The translations under genes were made by a program, and so were the position numbers. Below the pieces are notes generated by a model that did not search any database, was not told the DNA's origin, and was given only the letters and a program-made list of their open reading frames with translations. Of a stretch of 54,985 nucleotides of DNA, positions 38,077 to 46,568 are shown in pieces. This DNA is from an uncultured virus (IMG/VR IMGVR_UViG_3300025626_002437) (taxonomy: Duplodnaviria > Heunggongvirae > Uroviricota > Caudoviricetes). The stretch lies in the IMG/VR virus record IMGVR_UViG_3300025626_002437; one strand, written 5' to 3'. Each line of letters starts with the position of its first letter. The first letter of the stretch is position 1.

Positions 38077-39942
38077 TTACTTGTAAAGTTTTCTTATTTC
38101 GCCGTCAAATAATGGGGCGTACATTTTTACAGGATCTACTTTACCTTTAACAGTAACTTCTCCTATATTACCAAATGCTATGTTAGGGCATTCCATATAA
38201 GTATATTCAGAAACAATAATTGGTGTGTCTTCTGCTCTTGTTTGTGCTTCTAATCTAGCACCTAAGTTTACAGCATCACCTACCACACTATAATCTAATC
38301 TAGTTTCAGCACCCATGTTGCCGACAATACATGTACCTGTGTTTACACCTGTACCAAATTTTACTCTTGGCAAGCCACGTTCTTCCATTTCTTTTTCTAA
38401 TTCGTCACCTAATAGTTCAATCTCTATTGCTGTTTTAACGGCCATCTCAGCATGATTCTCACATGGTAGTGGTGCATTCCAAAATGCCATTATACAGTCA
38501 CCCATGAACTTGTCTATTGTGCCACCGTTCTTTAAAACTATCTTAGTCATTTTATCTAAGAAACTGTTTATTAGTTCTACTAGTCCTTCTGGGTCATCTG
38601 CTTTCATATACTTTTCTGATATGGGTGTAAAGCCGACTATGTCAGCAAACATAAAACTCATTTCTTTTCTTTCGCCACCTAGTTTCATTAGACTAGGATC
38701 TTTAACTAACATATCAACATAGTCCGGGGATATATAAGTACCAAACTGTCCTTTGATTTGTTGACGTAATTTGTATTGTTTATAGAAGTTATTAAATGCT
38801 GATTGTGTAAACACTAAAAATCCACTTAACACAGGAAAAGTTGCATCTACTAATTGTAATTTATTTTGATATAACCACACACTACCATATGCTTCTCCAC
38901 CTAAAATCAGCAGTGAAATCGGTGCTGTCCACAGCAATGGTAACTTATACACCGCTAAGGCTATTAAAATCATACCACACAACGCACACAGAAGTTCTAT
39001 AAGCGACGATAACTGGCTCCGCTGTATATTTGATCCATCTATAAAGTTCTGTAGCATGTGTGCTTGTATATGCTGTGGATACATGTTGCCTCTTGGAGTA
39101 GGTACAGGGTTAGCAATACCTTCTGCTGTAACACCTACTATAACAAACTTTCCACCCATATTAGGTAAACTGTTTATGTCCGTATATTCTACTTCTTCAA
39201 ACGTATTATTGTAACGTATATATGCATCGCCTTTTGGCAATGTTACTATAGGATCAAAAGGCGGAACTGCAAATTCGTTTATGCCTATCTCTGTTGTTTT
39301 AATCATGTAACTGGGTTTGCCTGTTTGTACTCGTAACATTTCTATAGCAAAACTAGGATATATTTTTCCCTCTACTCCTATTGCTAATGGATACGTTCTT
39401 GTAACAAAATCAGGTTGTGGTGCTGATGCATTTACGCCTATGCCAAGTGCTTCTGCTTCTAGTTCAGGTATGTTTGTTACTAAATTTGGCCAAGTTAGGA
39501 GAAAGTCCTGTGCTGTTGTAGGACCGATTACTCCAGTGCCAATATGAGGTCCTGTGGTCTTGATTCCTCTTGTGCTTGGTGTCTGAGATAACACTATTCC
39601 GTTACCCTTTATCCATGAAGCAAAAACTTCGTCTCCTCCAAATCTATCTGCTTCAGGAAACATAAGAGTGAAGCCTACTATGCCTTGATTCTTTTGTCTA
39701 ATATCATATATGAGTTGAGCGTATGTAGTTCTAGGAAAAGGATACTGCCCTAATGTTTCTAGACTTTTTTCGCCTATGTTAATAATAACAACTTCGTTGC
39801 TTTGTTTAATTTCGTCTAGTTTTTGATATGCATCAAATGTTTGATTTCTTAAATTCTGTATTGGTGTAGGATCAACTACTTGGAGTGCTGTAAGTAATAA
39901 TATAGATACTATTACAGCATAACCACTATAAACCCATTTCAT
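38077..39942 (-). CDS. CHASE2-domain membrane adenylate cyclase (class III)
   Basis: N-terminal TM, CHASE2 motifs (GQYPFPR, FPEADR, YPSFAIE), 3 TM helices, catalytic FADIVGFT, DKFMGD, SVVGDAVNLGARLE. Start ATG 39942 forms an ATGA overlap. Confidence 0.92.
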   Translation of the reverse strand: MKWVYSGYAVIVSILLLTALQVVDPTPIQNLRNQTFDAYQKLDEIKQSNEVVIINIGEKSLETLGQYPFPRTTYAQLIYDIRQKNQGIVGFTLMFPEADRFGGDEVFASWIKGNGIVLSQTPSTRGIKTTGPHIGTGVIGPTTAQDFLLTWPNLVTNIPELEAEALGIGVNASAPQPDFVTRTYPLAIGVEGKIYPSFAIEMLRVQTGKPSYMIKTTEIGINEFAVPPFDPIVTLPKGDAYIRYNNTFEEVEYTDINSLPNMGGKFVIVGVTAEGIANPVPTPRGNMYPQHIQAHMLQNFIDGSNIQRSQLSSLIELLCALCGMILIALAVYKLPLLWTAPISLLILGGEAYGSVWLYQNKLQLVDATFPVLSGFLVFTQSAFNNFYKQYKLRQQIKGQFGTYISPDYVDMLVKDPSLMKLGGERKEMSFMFADIVGFTPISEKYMKADDPEGLVELINSFLDKMTKIVLKNGGTIDKFMGDCIMAFWNAPLPCENHAEMAVKTAIEIELLGDELEKEMEERGLPRVKFGTGVNTGTCIVGNMGAETRLDYSVVGDAVNLGARLEAQTRAEDTPIIVSEYTYMECPNIAFGNIGEVTVKGKVDPVKMYAPLFDGEIRKLYK

Positions 39943-40193
39943 TCTTTTGGATATCCTTCGTACCATTCTTTGATAGTATTGACTCTTACATCACGCCATG
40001 CTTTTTTATCTAATGCATACATAATAATTGTATCACTAGTAGTATCGTATTTTTTTATATCAATACTTTGTTTATGTATTTCTTGATTAAGAGTACACGG
40101 CATAGTTCGAATTTCTTTTGTGTCTATCTTTTCAAATACTACTGTTACTACTCCTTGCCTAAGAGCATCTATAATTTTGTTTGAATCCATCAA
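39939..40193 (-). CDS. small WYL_2/SH3-like phage protein
   Basis: GVVTVVFEK...RTMPCTL...DKKAWR pattern. Confidence 0.65.
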   Translation of the reverse strand: MMDSNKIIDALRQGVVTVVFEKIDTKEIRTMPCTLNQEIHKQSIDIKKYDTTSDTIIMYALDKKAWRDVRVNTIKEWYEGYPKE

Positions 40194-40930
40194 TCTACAA
40201 ATGCTCTTTCTAACATAAAGTCACCCATTTCGCCTGTATTACCTTCTTGCCAATTTAGTGTTTTAAACAAAGTACGACATTCCTTATTCATACCTGGAGA
40301 ACCGCACACCATTATGCCGTCTCTTTCTTTGAGGAAGCCACCTGGTAAAAATTCTTCAACATATTGCCAAAAGCGACCAGTTCTACCATAGTCTTCTCTA
40401 GTTACAGTTGGTATGTAAGTAAAAGGTAAATCTTCTTCTATACTATTTAGCGATTCTATGTATGCTAATTCGTTTACATTTCTTACTGTGTGAAACAAAT
40501 ATACTTTTTTAAATCTGCTGTATGTATCAGGGTCGTTGACAATACTAACAAATGGTGCTACTCCAGTGCCAGTTGCTAATAATACTAAATTATCTTTAGG
40601 GTTCAAATAATCACATACCAAACTACCTGTGACTTTTGGATTAATTAATATTTCATCACCAATTTGTAAATTCTTTAATTTGCTTGTTAGCGGACCATCT
40701 GGTACTATAATACTTAGAAACTCTAAATGGTCATCATAGTTTGTGCTTACAATACTGTATGCTCTCATTGTTTTCTTAGGTAGAGGACTGCCTTTTACAG
40801 TTGTGTCTACATCTAAACCAATCATAGCAAATTCACCATTTTTAAAACGGAATGTTTTATCGCGTGTGGTTTTAAAACTAAACAGCCTATCTGAGTAGTG
40901 TTTGATTTCTATTACTTTTTCTTTTAACAC
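40190..40930 (-). CDS. fpr: ferredoxin/flavodoxin-NADP+ reductase
   Basis: RAYSI, GPLTSKL, ATGTGVAPF, MVCGSPGM, ERAFVD C-terminus. GTG start. Confidence 0.93.
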   Translation of the reverse strand: MLKEKVIEIKHYSDRLFSFKTTRDKTFRFKNGEFAMIGLDVDTTVKGSPLPKKTMRAYSIVSTNYDDHLEFLSIIVPDGPLTSKLKNLQIGDEILINPKVTGSLVCDYLNPKDNLVLLATGTGVAPFVSIVNDPDTYSRFKKVYLFHTVRNVNELAYIESLNSIEEDLPFTYIPTVTREDYGRTGRFWQYVEEFLPGGFLKERDGIMVCGSPGMNKECRTLFKTLNWQEGNTGEMGDFMLERAFVD

Positions 40931-40944
40931 AGATATATTTATTG

Positions 40945-41418
40945 CTATCTTATTTTATTACAACTGTCTTTGGCTTGATTAAGCAATCTAAAGTTATTTG
41001 CAACTACCATAGAATATACAATATTAGTATCGTTTAATTCCTCTGGTGACACAGTTTTATAATAATCGTCATACAATAAGCCAGGCAGAAGCAATACACT
41101 TTTTGTTAATACTATTCTTGTGTTACTTGGATGTTCTGTATACAGTGGATTTACTTCTTTTACACAATCATACTTTACTGCCCGTGATGTTGAGTAAGCA
41201 TCTAATACTTGAAATGTCCAAAATGCTAACCATTGTTTTGTTGTTGCTGTTTCGTATAATTCAAATTTGGGTATTGATGATGGTAGGGGCCTACATTCTA
41301 CTGGATTGTTATCACAATAGTTGTAGTCTAGTGGGGGATTATAAGTAAGGTCTAAAACACGATCCTCTGCTATTGCTAACAGAGGAAGTGTTAATAAAAT
41401 TAAAAGTAACTTACTCAC
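40945..41418 (-). CDS. secreted/membrane hypothetical protein
   Basis: Signal peptide, YCDNNPVEC motif, LDAYST...EVNP. Confidence 0.7.
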   Translation of the reverse strand: MSKLLLILLTLPLLAIAEDRVLDLTYNPPLDYNYCDNNPVECRPLPSSIPKFELYETATTKQWLAFWTFQVLDAYSTSRAVKYDCVKEVNPLYTEHPSNTRIVLTKSVLLLPGLLYDDYYKTVSPEELNDTNIVYSMVVANNFRLLNQAKDSCNKIR

Positions 41419-41587
41419 ATTCTTTTGGATTTTTGGAACAGTACTCCATTAGTTTTTGATATAACTTAATCTGGCGTATAAACTCCTGTATCTCCTCATC
41501 TGAATATTGCTCATCCTCTTCTGAGGGTAAGTCTTCTTTTTTATTTCCTAAATTAAATTTAGGAATTTTAAAGAATGAGCGTTTTAC
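41411..41587 (-). CDS. -1 frameshift extension (58 aa) of the upstream lipoprotein
   Basis: Open -1 frame with no initiation codon at its 5' end, entered at A AAA AAG. Its TAA overlaps the next gene's GTG. Confidence 0.75.
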   Translation of the reverse strand, partial: VKRSFFKIPKFNLGNKKEDLPSEEDEQYSDEEIQEFIRQIKLYQKLMEYCSKNPKECE

Positions 41588-41593
41588 TTTTTT
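41509..41593 (-). other. programmed -1 frameshift signal: slippery heptamer plus stimulatory stem
   Basis: A AAA AAG (41593-41587), 6-nt spacer, GCTCATTCTTT (41580-41570) pairing with AGAGGATGAGC (41519-41509), enclosing a 9-bp hairpin. Confidence 0.75.
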
Positions 41594-41907
41594 GGTTCTT
41601 CTTTTGGTTCTTCTTTTTGTACTGCATCAGTAGATTCGTCAACAACTGTAGCGACTGTTTCGACTGTACCAGCAACTAAGTCTCCAGCAGTTTGACCAAC
41701 ACCGACAACAAGTTCTGCACCTGCTTGTCCGATTCTTGATCCTTCGTCTACTACTGTTGTAACTACATTGCTTGTAGTTCCTAGAACAACATCAACTGTT
41801 CCAGCAACACCTTGTTGTACGCCATCGGAAATAGCACCAACAGTGGCGCAACCTTGTGCGAACATTACAAAAAATATACCAAAGAACACGTTTTTTAATT
41901 CTTTCAT
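41584..41907 (-). CDS. lipoprotein (short form)
   Basis: Signal peptide with lipobox-like AQG-C, Val/Thr/Gly-rich helix, AGGAG RBS, GATAAATA at 41965-41972. Confidence 0.8.
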   Translation of the reverse strand: MKELKNVFFGIFFVMFAQGCATVGAISDGVQQGVAGTVDVVLGTTSNVVTTVVDEGSRIGQAGAELVVGVGQTAGDLVAGTVETVATVVDESTDAVQKEEPKEEPKK

Positions 41908-41978
41908 TTATTTTCTCCTTATATATAAGATTGTTATAAAACCATCTGTTATTATAACAGTATATATTTATCTAAAAT

Positions 41979-42287
41979 TTAGATGCCGTGACTGTTAAAC
42001 AGACTTTTACCTGACAAACTGTTTTCATCGTGTAAAAATAGTTCATACGTCAATAAGTCTTTGGTGTGCTGATTATTGGAGGTGTGTATTAAATGTAATA
42101 TTTGATTCCTGTTGTCTTCTTCTATTCTAACTATTAGTTCACACCAATGCCAAAATACCACAAATGTAAGTGGTATGAACACAACTTTTATTACAAACAC
42201 TGGAAAGAAGTATGCAAATATTAAAAAGTGTATACCTATAACAGATAGGGAATATATCCTAAGACTGTTTAACCATTTTGTAACCAT
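41979..42287 (-). CDS. membrane protein
   Basis: 102 aa with two hydrophobic segments. Confidence 0.6.
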   Translation of the reverse strand: MVTKWLNSLRIYSLSVIGIHFLIFAYFFPVFVIKVVFIPLTFVVFWHWCELIVRIEEDNRNQILHLIHTSNNQHTKDLLTYELFLHDENSLSGKSLFNSHGI

Positions 42288-42293
42288 AAGTGT

Positions 42294-42461
42294 TTATGAA
42301 TTAGGACTACCAATGCCTAATTGCTCTAGGTATGCGTTGCTGTGCCAATATGTGTCCAGCACAATATCAGTCACAAGAGCAATTAACACTAAAGTTAGTA
42401 TTACAGATAGATATAGATTTATACCGGCTGTTATCTTCAGCCACTTGATCATATGTTTCAT
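42294..42461 (-). CDS. small membrane protein (55 aa, not in ORF track)
   Basis: MKHMIKWLKITAGINLYLSVILTLVLIALVTDIVLDTYWHSNAYLEQLGIGSPNS, preceded by a consensus promoter. Confidence 0.7.
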   Translation of the reverse strand: MKHMIKWLKITAGINLYLSVILTLVLIALVTDIVLDTYWHSNAYLEQLGIGSPNS

Positions 42462-42469
42462 TACTTTGT

Positions 42470-42498
42470 ATTATAGTACAGAAATCGTACTATGTCAA
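42470..42498 (-). promoter_or_regulatory. consensus sigma70 promoter
   Basis: TTGACA-N17-TATAAT. Confidence 0.85.
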
Positions 42499-42502
42499 CC
42501 AA

Positions 42503-43612
42503 TTAGTTATCTTGATTTATTGAGACTGAACAGCCTCCTATAGTGTTACATACACCGGTGATGCTGTAACTTACAGCACTTGAACCCACGTTTTGAGATA
42601 AATCAAATGTGTAAGCACCAGTACCATATGTTAAATCAATCGCCGCTGTTGCGGAATTACTGCCTCGTTGATTAACATCTACAGTATGTCCGTTGCCGTC
42701 TAAAACGACATCTGCCCATTTAACACCACCGTTACCTCGTTGATATAAATCCACAGTATTACTATCACCGGCTATTTCTATAAAGCCATCGTGTCCTGCT
42801 TTTCCCATTTGTATATGCTCTACACTATTACTGTCACCACTAATAATATTTGTTAAATGGTGTCCTGCACCACCACTACTTCTGTTTGTGTCTGTTTGAT
42901 AACTTGCTAACATATTATTATCTCCAGTCACAGTCCAGTATGCTTCATGGTCGCCTACTTCATCTACATCAGTTGTGCCGTCTGAATGTTTGCCTTGCCA
43001 TATTCTGAGATCATTATTATCTGAACCTGAACCCATAAAAGCACTAATATAATTGTTATCCTGCCCTGCACCCTGGAAAGCATCGATACTATTATTAGTA
43101 CCAGTAAATACTTCGAGGTAAGCATAATGATCATCGCCTGCTTGCCAAAGTTGTATTTCATTATTAGTGTGAAGGTTGGAGCCACCTACTTCTAACCAAG
43201 CATAATTGTCATCACCCATTATGTCTGCTTTGAGTTGACCATAGTTACCATGGTTATCTAAAAATAATTTGTTGTTATTACCTTCTACATAGCCATCCAA
43301 TGATTGATCACTACCACTAGTCCATATACCTAAAACATTATTGTTGCCTCTTTGTTGTAGGCTTACTGTATTTGTAGCACCATTAAGATAGGCGTTACCT
43401 ACTCCGTTGTTTAAAGATCCAACTTTATTTCCGTATCCTTCTTGTAATATATCTAGTGTTAGATTATCACCTTGTTGATCTAATAATACTTCGTTATCTT
43501 GTGCCTGTGCTGATAAAGGTATCAATAAAAACATACCCAATATCACATAACCCAATACTAACAATGGGGTGTCTTTGGGTTCCATTTCGTTTAATCTTTC
43601 GTCTATGTTCAT
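42503..43612 (-). CDS. curlin-repeat secreted protein (CsgA/B-like)
   Basis: Signal peptide (AQA), many Q-x-G-x-x-N / G-D-x-N beta-solenoid repeats. Confidence 0.8.
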   Translation of the reverse strand: MNIDERLNEMEPKDTPLLVLGYVILGMFLLIPLSAQAQDNEVLLDQQGDNLTLDILQEGYGNKVGSLNNGVGNAYLNGATNTVSLQQRGNNNVLGIWTSGSDQSLDGYVEGNNNKLFLDNHGNYGQLKADIMGDDNYAWLEVGGSNLHTNNEIQLWQAGDDHYAYLEVFTGTNNSIDAFQGAGQDNNYISAFMGSGSDNNDLRIWQGKHSDGTTDVDEVGDHEAYWTVTGDNNMLASYQTDTNRSSGGAGHHLTNIISGDSNSVEHIQMGKAGHDGFIEIAGDSNTVDLYQRGNGGVKWADVVLDGNGHTVDVNQRGSNSATAAIDLTYGTGAYTFDLSQNVGSSAVSYSITGVCNTIGGCSVSINQDN

Positions 43613-43620
43613 AATACTAT

Positions 43621-44787
43621 TTATTCCTGTGTAATAGTTATCCTTATTCCGTCACAGTTATTTAGACACATCACAGTCTCACCTAAGTCTTTATCTCTTA
43701 CTTCTATAATTCCTGCTGAACCTCTTTTAATTTTTAATCCCACATAATTTGTACTGACTCTGAGAAAAAATACTTTACCGTCTACATCTGGTACTATGTT
43801 AAATTGGTTGTCTGGTTGCAATCCAAAACCTCTGTCTACTAGCCTATCACTACCACTGGCTTCTTCTTGTCCTGCTAATGCATCTGCTTCTTCAATTACT
43901 TCCAATAAATCTCTTAAAAAGTCTACATCTAGGAAATTAATATCTAATTCTGTAAATTGTAATTCACGTTCTGCTTGTTCGTCTAAACCTTCTATTTCCA
44001 GTAGGTCTACATCTAATCCGTTAAAGTCCAACAAGCCACCATCACCTTTTAATTGGTCTGCTTGTTCTTCTTCTGCCTGTACAATTTCCTCAGGCTTACT
44101 CACAATAAACATATTGTCAATCTGATTTAAATCCAAATCAACTAATGTCACAGGTTGCGTTGGTGATTGTTCAAACGTACTCACCATTACAGCCTGAAAG
44201 GCTTCTTCTAATGTCACTGTTCCGCCATCATTGGTAACTGTTATACTACCACTAGGCCTACAACCTTCCTCTAATTTTACTTTGTCATTACAATTTGCGT
44301 CTGGTAATAATATTACCAAACTTCTACCCAGTTCATCTACTGTGGTAGTAAAATCTGTTCCCCTAATACCTATACTTGCAGTAGGAGTCTGTATCTGTAT
44401 ATTTTCTTTTGGTACTAATCCTAAACCCCCGGTGGCAAATCTTGCTGTACCTGACACAAAATTCATTGCCATTTTACTTTTACTAGGGTTTGGATCATAC
44501 ACATACTCTGTAATTTCTATCAGTGTATGTTCTGTTAAACTGATTTGTGTATCGTCAACAAACTTAATTTTAAGTCTGCCATTTTCTGTTTCTACATTGT
44601 CGTAACTTTGTACATCTGTATCTAACTGTGCTGTTAATTCTTCGCCTGTGGTCCTAACAATACTGCCAGGTTTACCACTTTGTTCAAATACGCCGCCAAT
44701 TGGTTCGGCGGCGTATAAGTTTCCTATTGCAATTAGTAAAACTGCGACTACGAATTTAGTCGGTTTGTTTAATACTAACTGAAGCAT
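43621..44787 (-). CDS. FecR-domain secreted protein
   Basis: Signal peptide, FVDDTQISL, GTARF, IQTPTASIGIRGTDF. Confidence 0.85.
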   Translation of the reverse strand: MLQLVLNKPTKFVVAVLLIAIGNLYAAEPIGGVFEQSGKPGSIVRTTGEELTAQLDTDVQSYDNVETENGRLKIKFVDDTQISLTEHTLIEITEYVYDPNPSKSKMAMNFVSGTARFATGGLGLVPKENIQIQTPTASIGIRGTDFTTTVDELGRSLVILLPDANCNDKVKLEEGCRPSGSITVTNDGGTVTLEEAFQAVMVSTFEQSPTQPVTLVDLDLNQIDNMFIVSKPEEIVQAEEEQADQLKGDGGLLDFNGLDVDLLEIEGLDEQAERELQFTELDINFLDVDFLRDLLEVIEEADALAGQEEASGSDRLVDRGFGLQPDNQFNIVPDVDGKVFFLRVSTNYVGLKIKRGSAGIIEVRDKDLGETVMCLNNCDGIRITITQE

Positions 44788-45547
44788 TTTCGCTGTCTAT
44801 TTCGACGTTGATAGTACCTGTACAAGCAGGCGTACATGTTGTAGTCATATTCTGAGTGAACTGGAAATCTCCATCACTACCGTCTATGTCTGCTGTAAGA
44901 CTTGCACCACTATTTCCGCTCTGTGATGTTGCTAAAGCATTATCATCACCGGTAATGTCGAAGTTCCACACAACATTGTCTGCATCAACTAAGATACCTA
45001 CCATTGTGCTTGTTCCAGTGTTATTTGTGCCAACACCGGCCGCCCAAACATTACTGTTAGTAAAACTTGTATCAAAATCATTTCTGCTACCTAGTATTAC
45101 TAAATCAAAGTTTAAATATTCTGCACTAGCACTTTCGCCTATGCCTATGTCAAATATGTTACCGTCACCCTGTATGCTTGAAAGCATATCAGCATAGTCG
45201 GCACTACCTGTTGATCCTGCATCAATGTCAAAGATGTTACCACTACCTAAGTTGTAAAAATCTAAAACACTGGAGCCACTACCGTCTAAAACTATAGATC
45301 CAAAAAAGTCATTGTTATCACCGTCTTGTATGAGGTCTAGTATTATACTACCACCACTTAGTAATAAGTCAGAACTTTCTGTTGCGTCTCCCGACACAGT
45401 ATTACCTATACCAGCCTGCAAAATCGTAAGCACTAAGTTATCACCGTCTTGATCTAGTAAAACTTCGTTGTCATCTGCAAGTATTGGATAGGACATCAGT
45501 CCGATTAAAGCGAAGACACTAACCGCTAAGTTTTTAAATATCTTCAT
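44756..45547 (-). CDS. curlin-repeat secreted protein (CsgA/B-like)
   Basis: Signal peptide, DNEVLLDQDGDNL shared with 42503..43612, repeated QxGxxN/GDxN units. Confidence 0.75.
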   Translation of the reverse strand: MKIFKNLAVSVFALIGLMSYPILADDNEVLLDQDGDNLVLTILQAGIGNTVSGDATESSDLLLSGGSIILDLIQDGDNNDFFGSIVLDGSGSSVLDFYNLGSGNIFDIDAGSTGSADYADMLSSIQGDGNIFDIGIGESASAEYLNFDLVILGSRNDFDTSFTNSNVWAAGVGTNNTGTSTMVGILVDADNVVWNFDITGDDNALATSQSGNSGASLTADIDGSDGDFQFTQNMTTTCTPACTGTINVEIDSENASVSIKQTD

Positions 45548-46568
45548 TGTTATTCTCCATTAATGGTTTATTATTCTTTAGAAGAACCTTCTTCCAAAGT
45601 GGTAATGAGTTTGGGTCTTTTGAAAATTGTTTTTCATCCTCCTCGTCAGGAAGAACACCAGATTCTTTGAGACTCATCCAGTATGCCTGTTCTTGTTCGG
45701 CTACTTGTGAGTCCCAATCTTCTGGATACACTATCTTCCAGTATCCTCTTTCATCACCTTGCTTAATAAGTTCTAACACCGCGGCCTCAATCGCTGATCG
45801 GACTGCAAATGTTACACTTTCGTTTTGTGTCATTCCGCTCTCAAGTTCGAGGAGTTTAGTATCCATATCTAAAAATCTAAATACATCTCCTGCTTGACCT
45901 GAACTTAAAACGGTCTTCTGTGTTTGGACATTGAGTATTACTTCGCCTGTGAGTGTGCTTACAGCACGAAGTGATATTACTATACTGTCCCTTCGATATT
46001 GGTTTGTTGTACCAATACCCAAATATCTTGCCCCTGTACCTCCTGTTTCAATATTAGTGTCGTATCCTATAACACCACCTTCTAATATCATTCCAGCAAA
46101 TAACATTGGCTGTAGTTCTTGAAACTCATCTAATCCTGCCTGTTTGGCTGACTCTGAACGAGTTGCTCTTACTATTTGCCTTTCTCTAACTAAGTTATCT
46201 AAACCTAGTCCTCTTTCAACTACTCTAAACCAAGTTCCTTTTGGATTCTCTCCTGAACCTGCCGCCTTTAGAGCGTCTACTAATAAACTTTTTGCGTCTT
46301 GCGTAACTGCTGTACTAAAACTAGCAACTCCGTCTTGACTTTTTCTTTGTCCTGTTCCATCACCAAAATTGTATATGGCAACCACAGGCATAACTTCTGC
46401 CGGTGGCAAGTATCTTAATTTTCTATATGTAGGTAGTTCTACTTTGCTTGGTTCTTCAACACATTCAAGAAAGTCAGTTTGGCACATCTCGTCACCCGGG
46501 ATGGCGATACTTGCACAACCACTTAAATATAAAACACCTATTAATGCTGTTACTATACTTTTATTCAT
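45534..46568 (-). CDS. csgG: curli secretion channel lipoprotein CsgG
   Basis: Lipobox LSGC, VAIYNF.D.TGQ, FSTAVTQ, WFRVVER, LVRERQI, EGGVIGYD, GARYLGIG. Confidence 0.92.
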   Translation of the reverse strand: MNKSIVTALIGVLYLSGCASIAIPGDEMCQTDFLECVEEPSKVELPTYRKLRYLPPAEVMPVVAIYNFGDGTGQRKSQDGVASFSTAVTQDAKSLLVDALKAAGSGENPKGTWFRVVERGLGLDNLVRERQIVRATRSESAKQAGLDEFQELQPMLFAGMILEGGVIGYDTNIETGGTGARYLGIGTTNQYRRDSIVISLRAVSTLTGEVILNVQTQKTVLSSGQAGDVFRFLDMDTKLLELESGMTQNESVTFAVRSAIEAAVLELIKQGDERGYWKIVYPEDWDSQVAEQEQAYWMSLKESGVLPDEEDEKQFSKDPNSLPLWKKVLLKNNKPLMENNNEDI

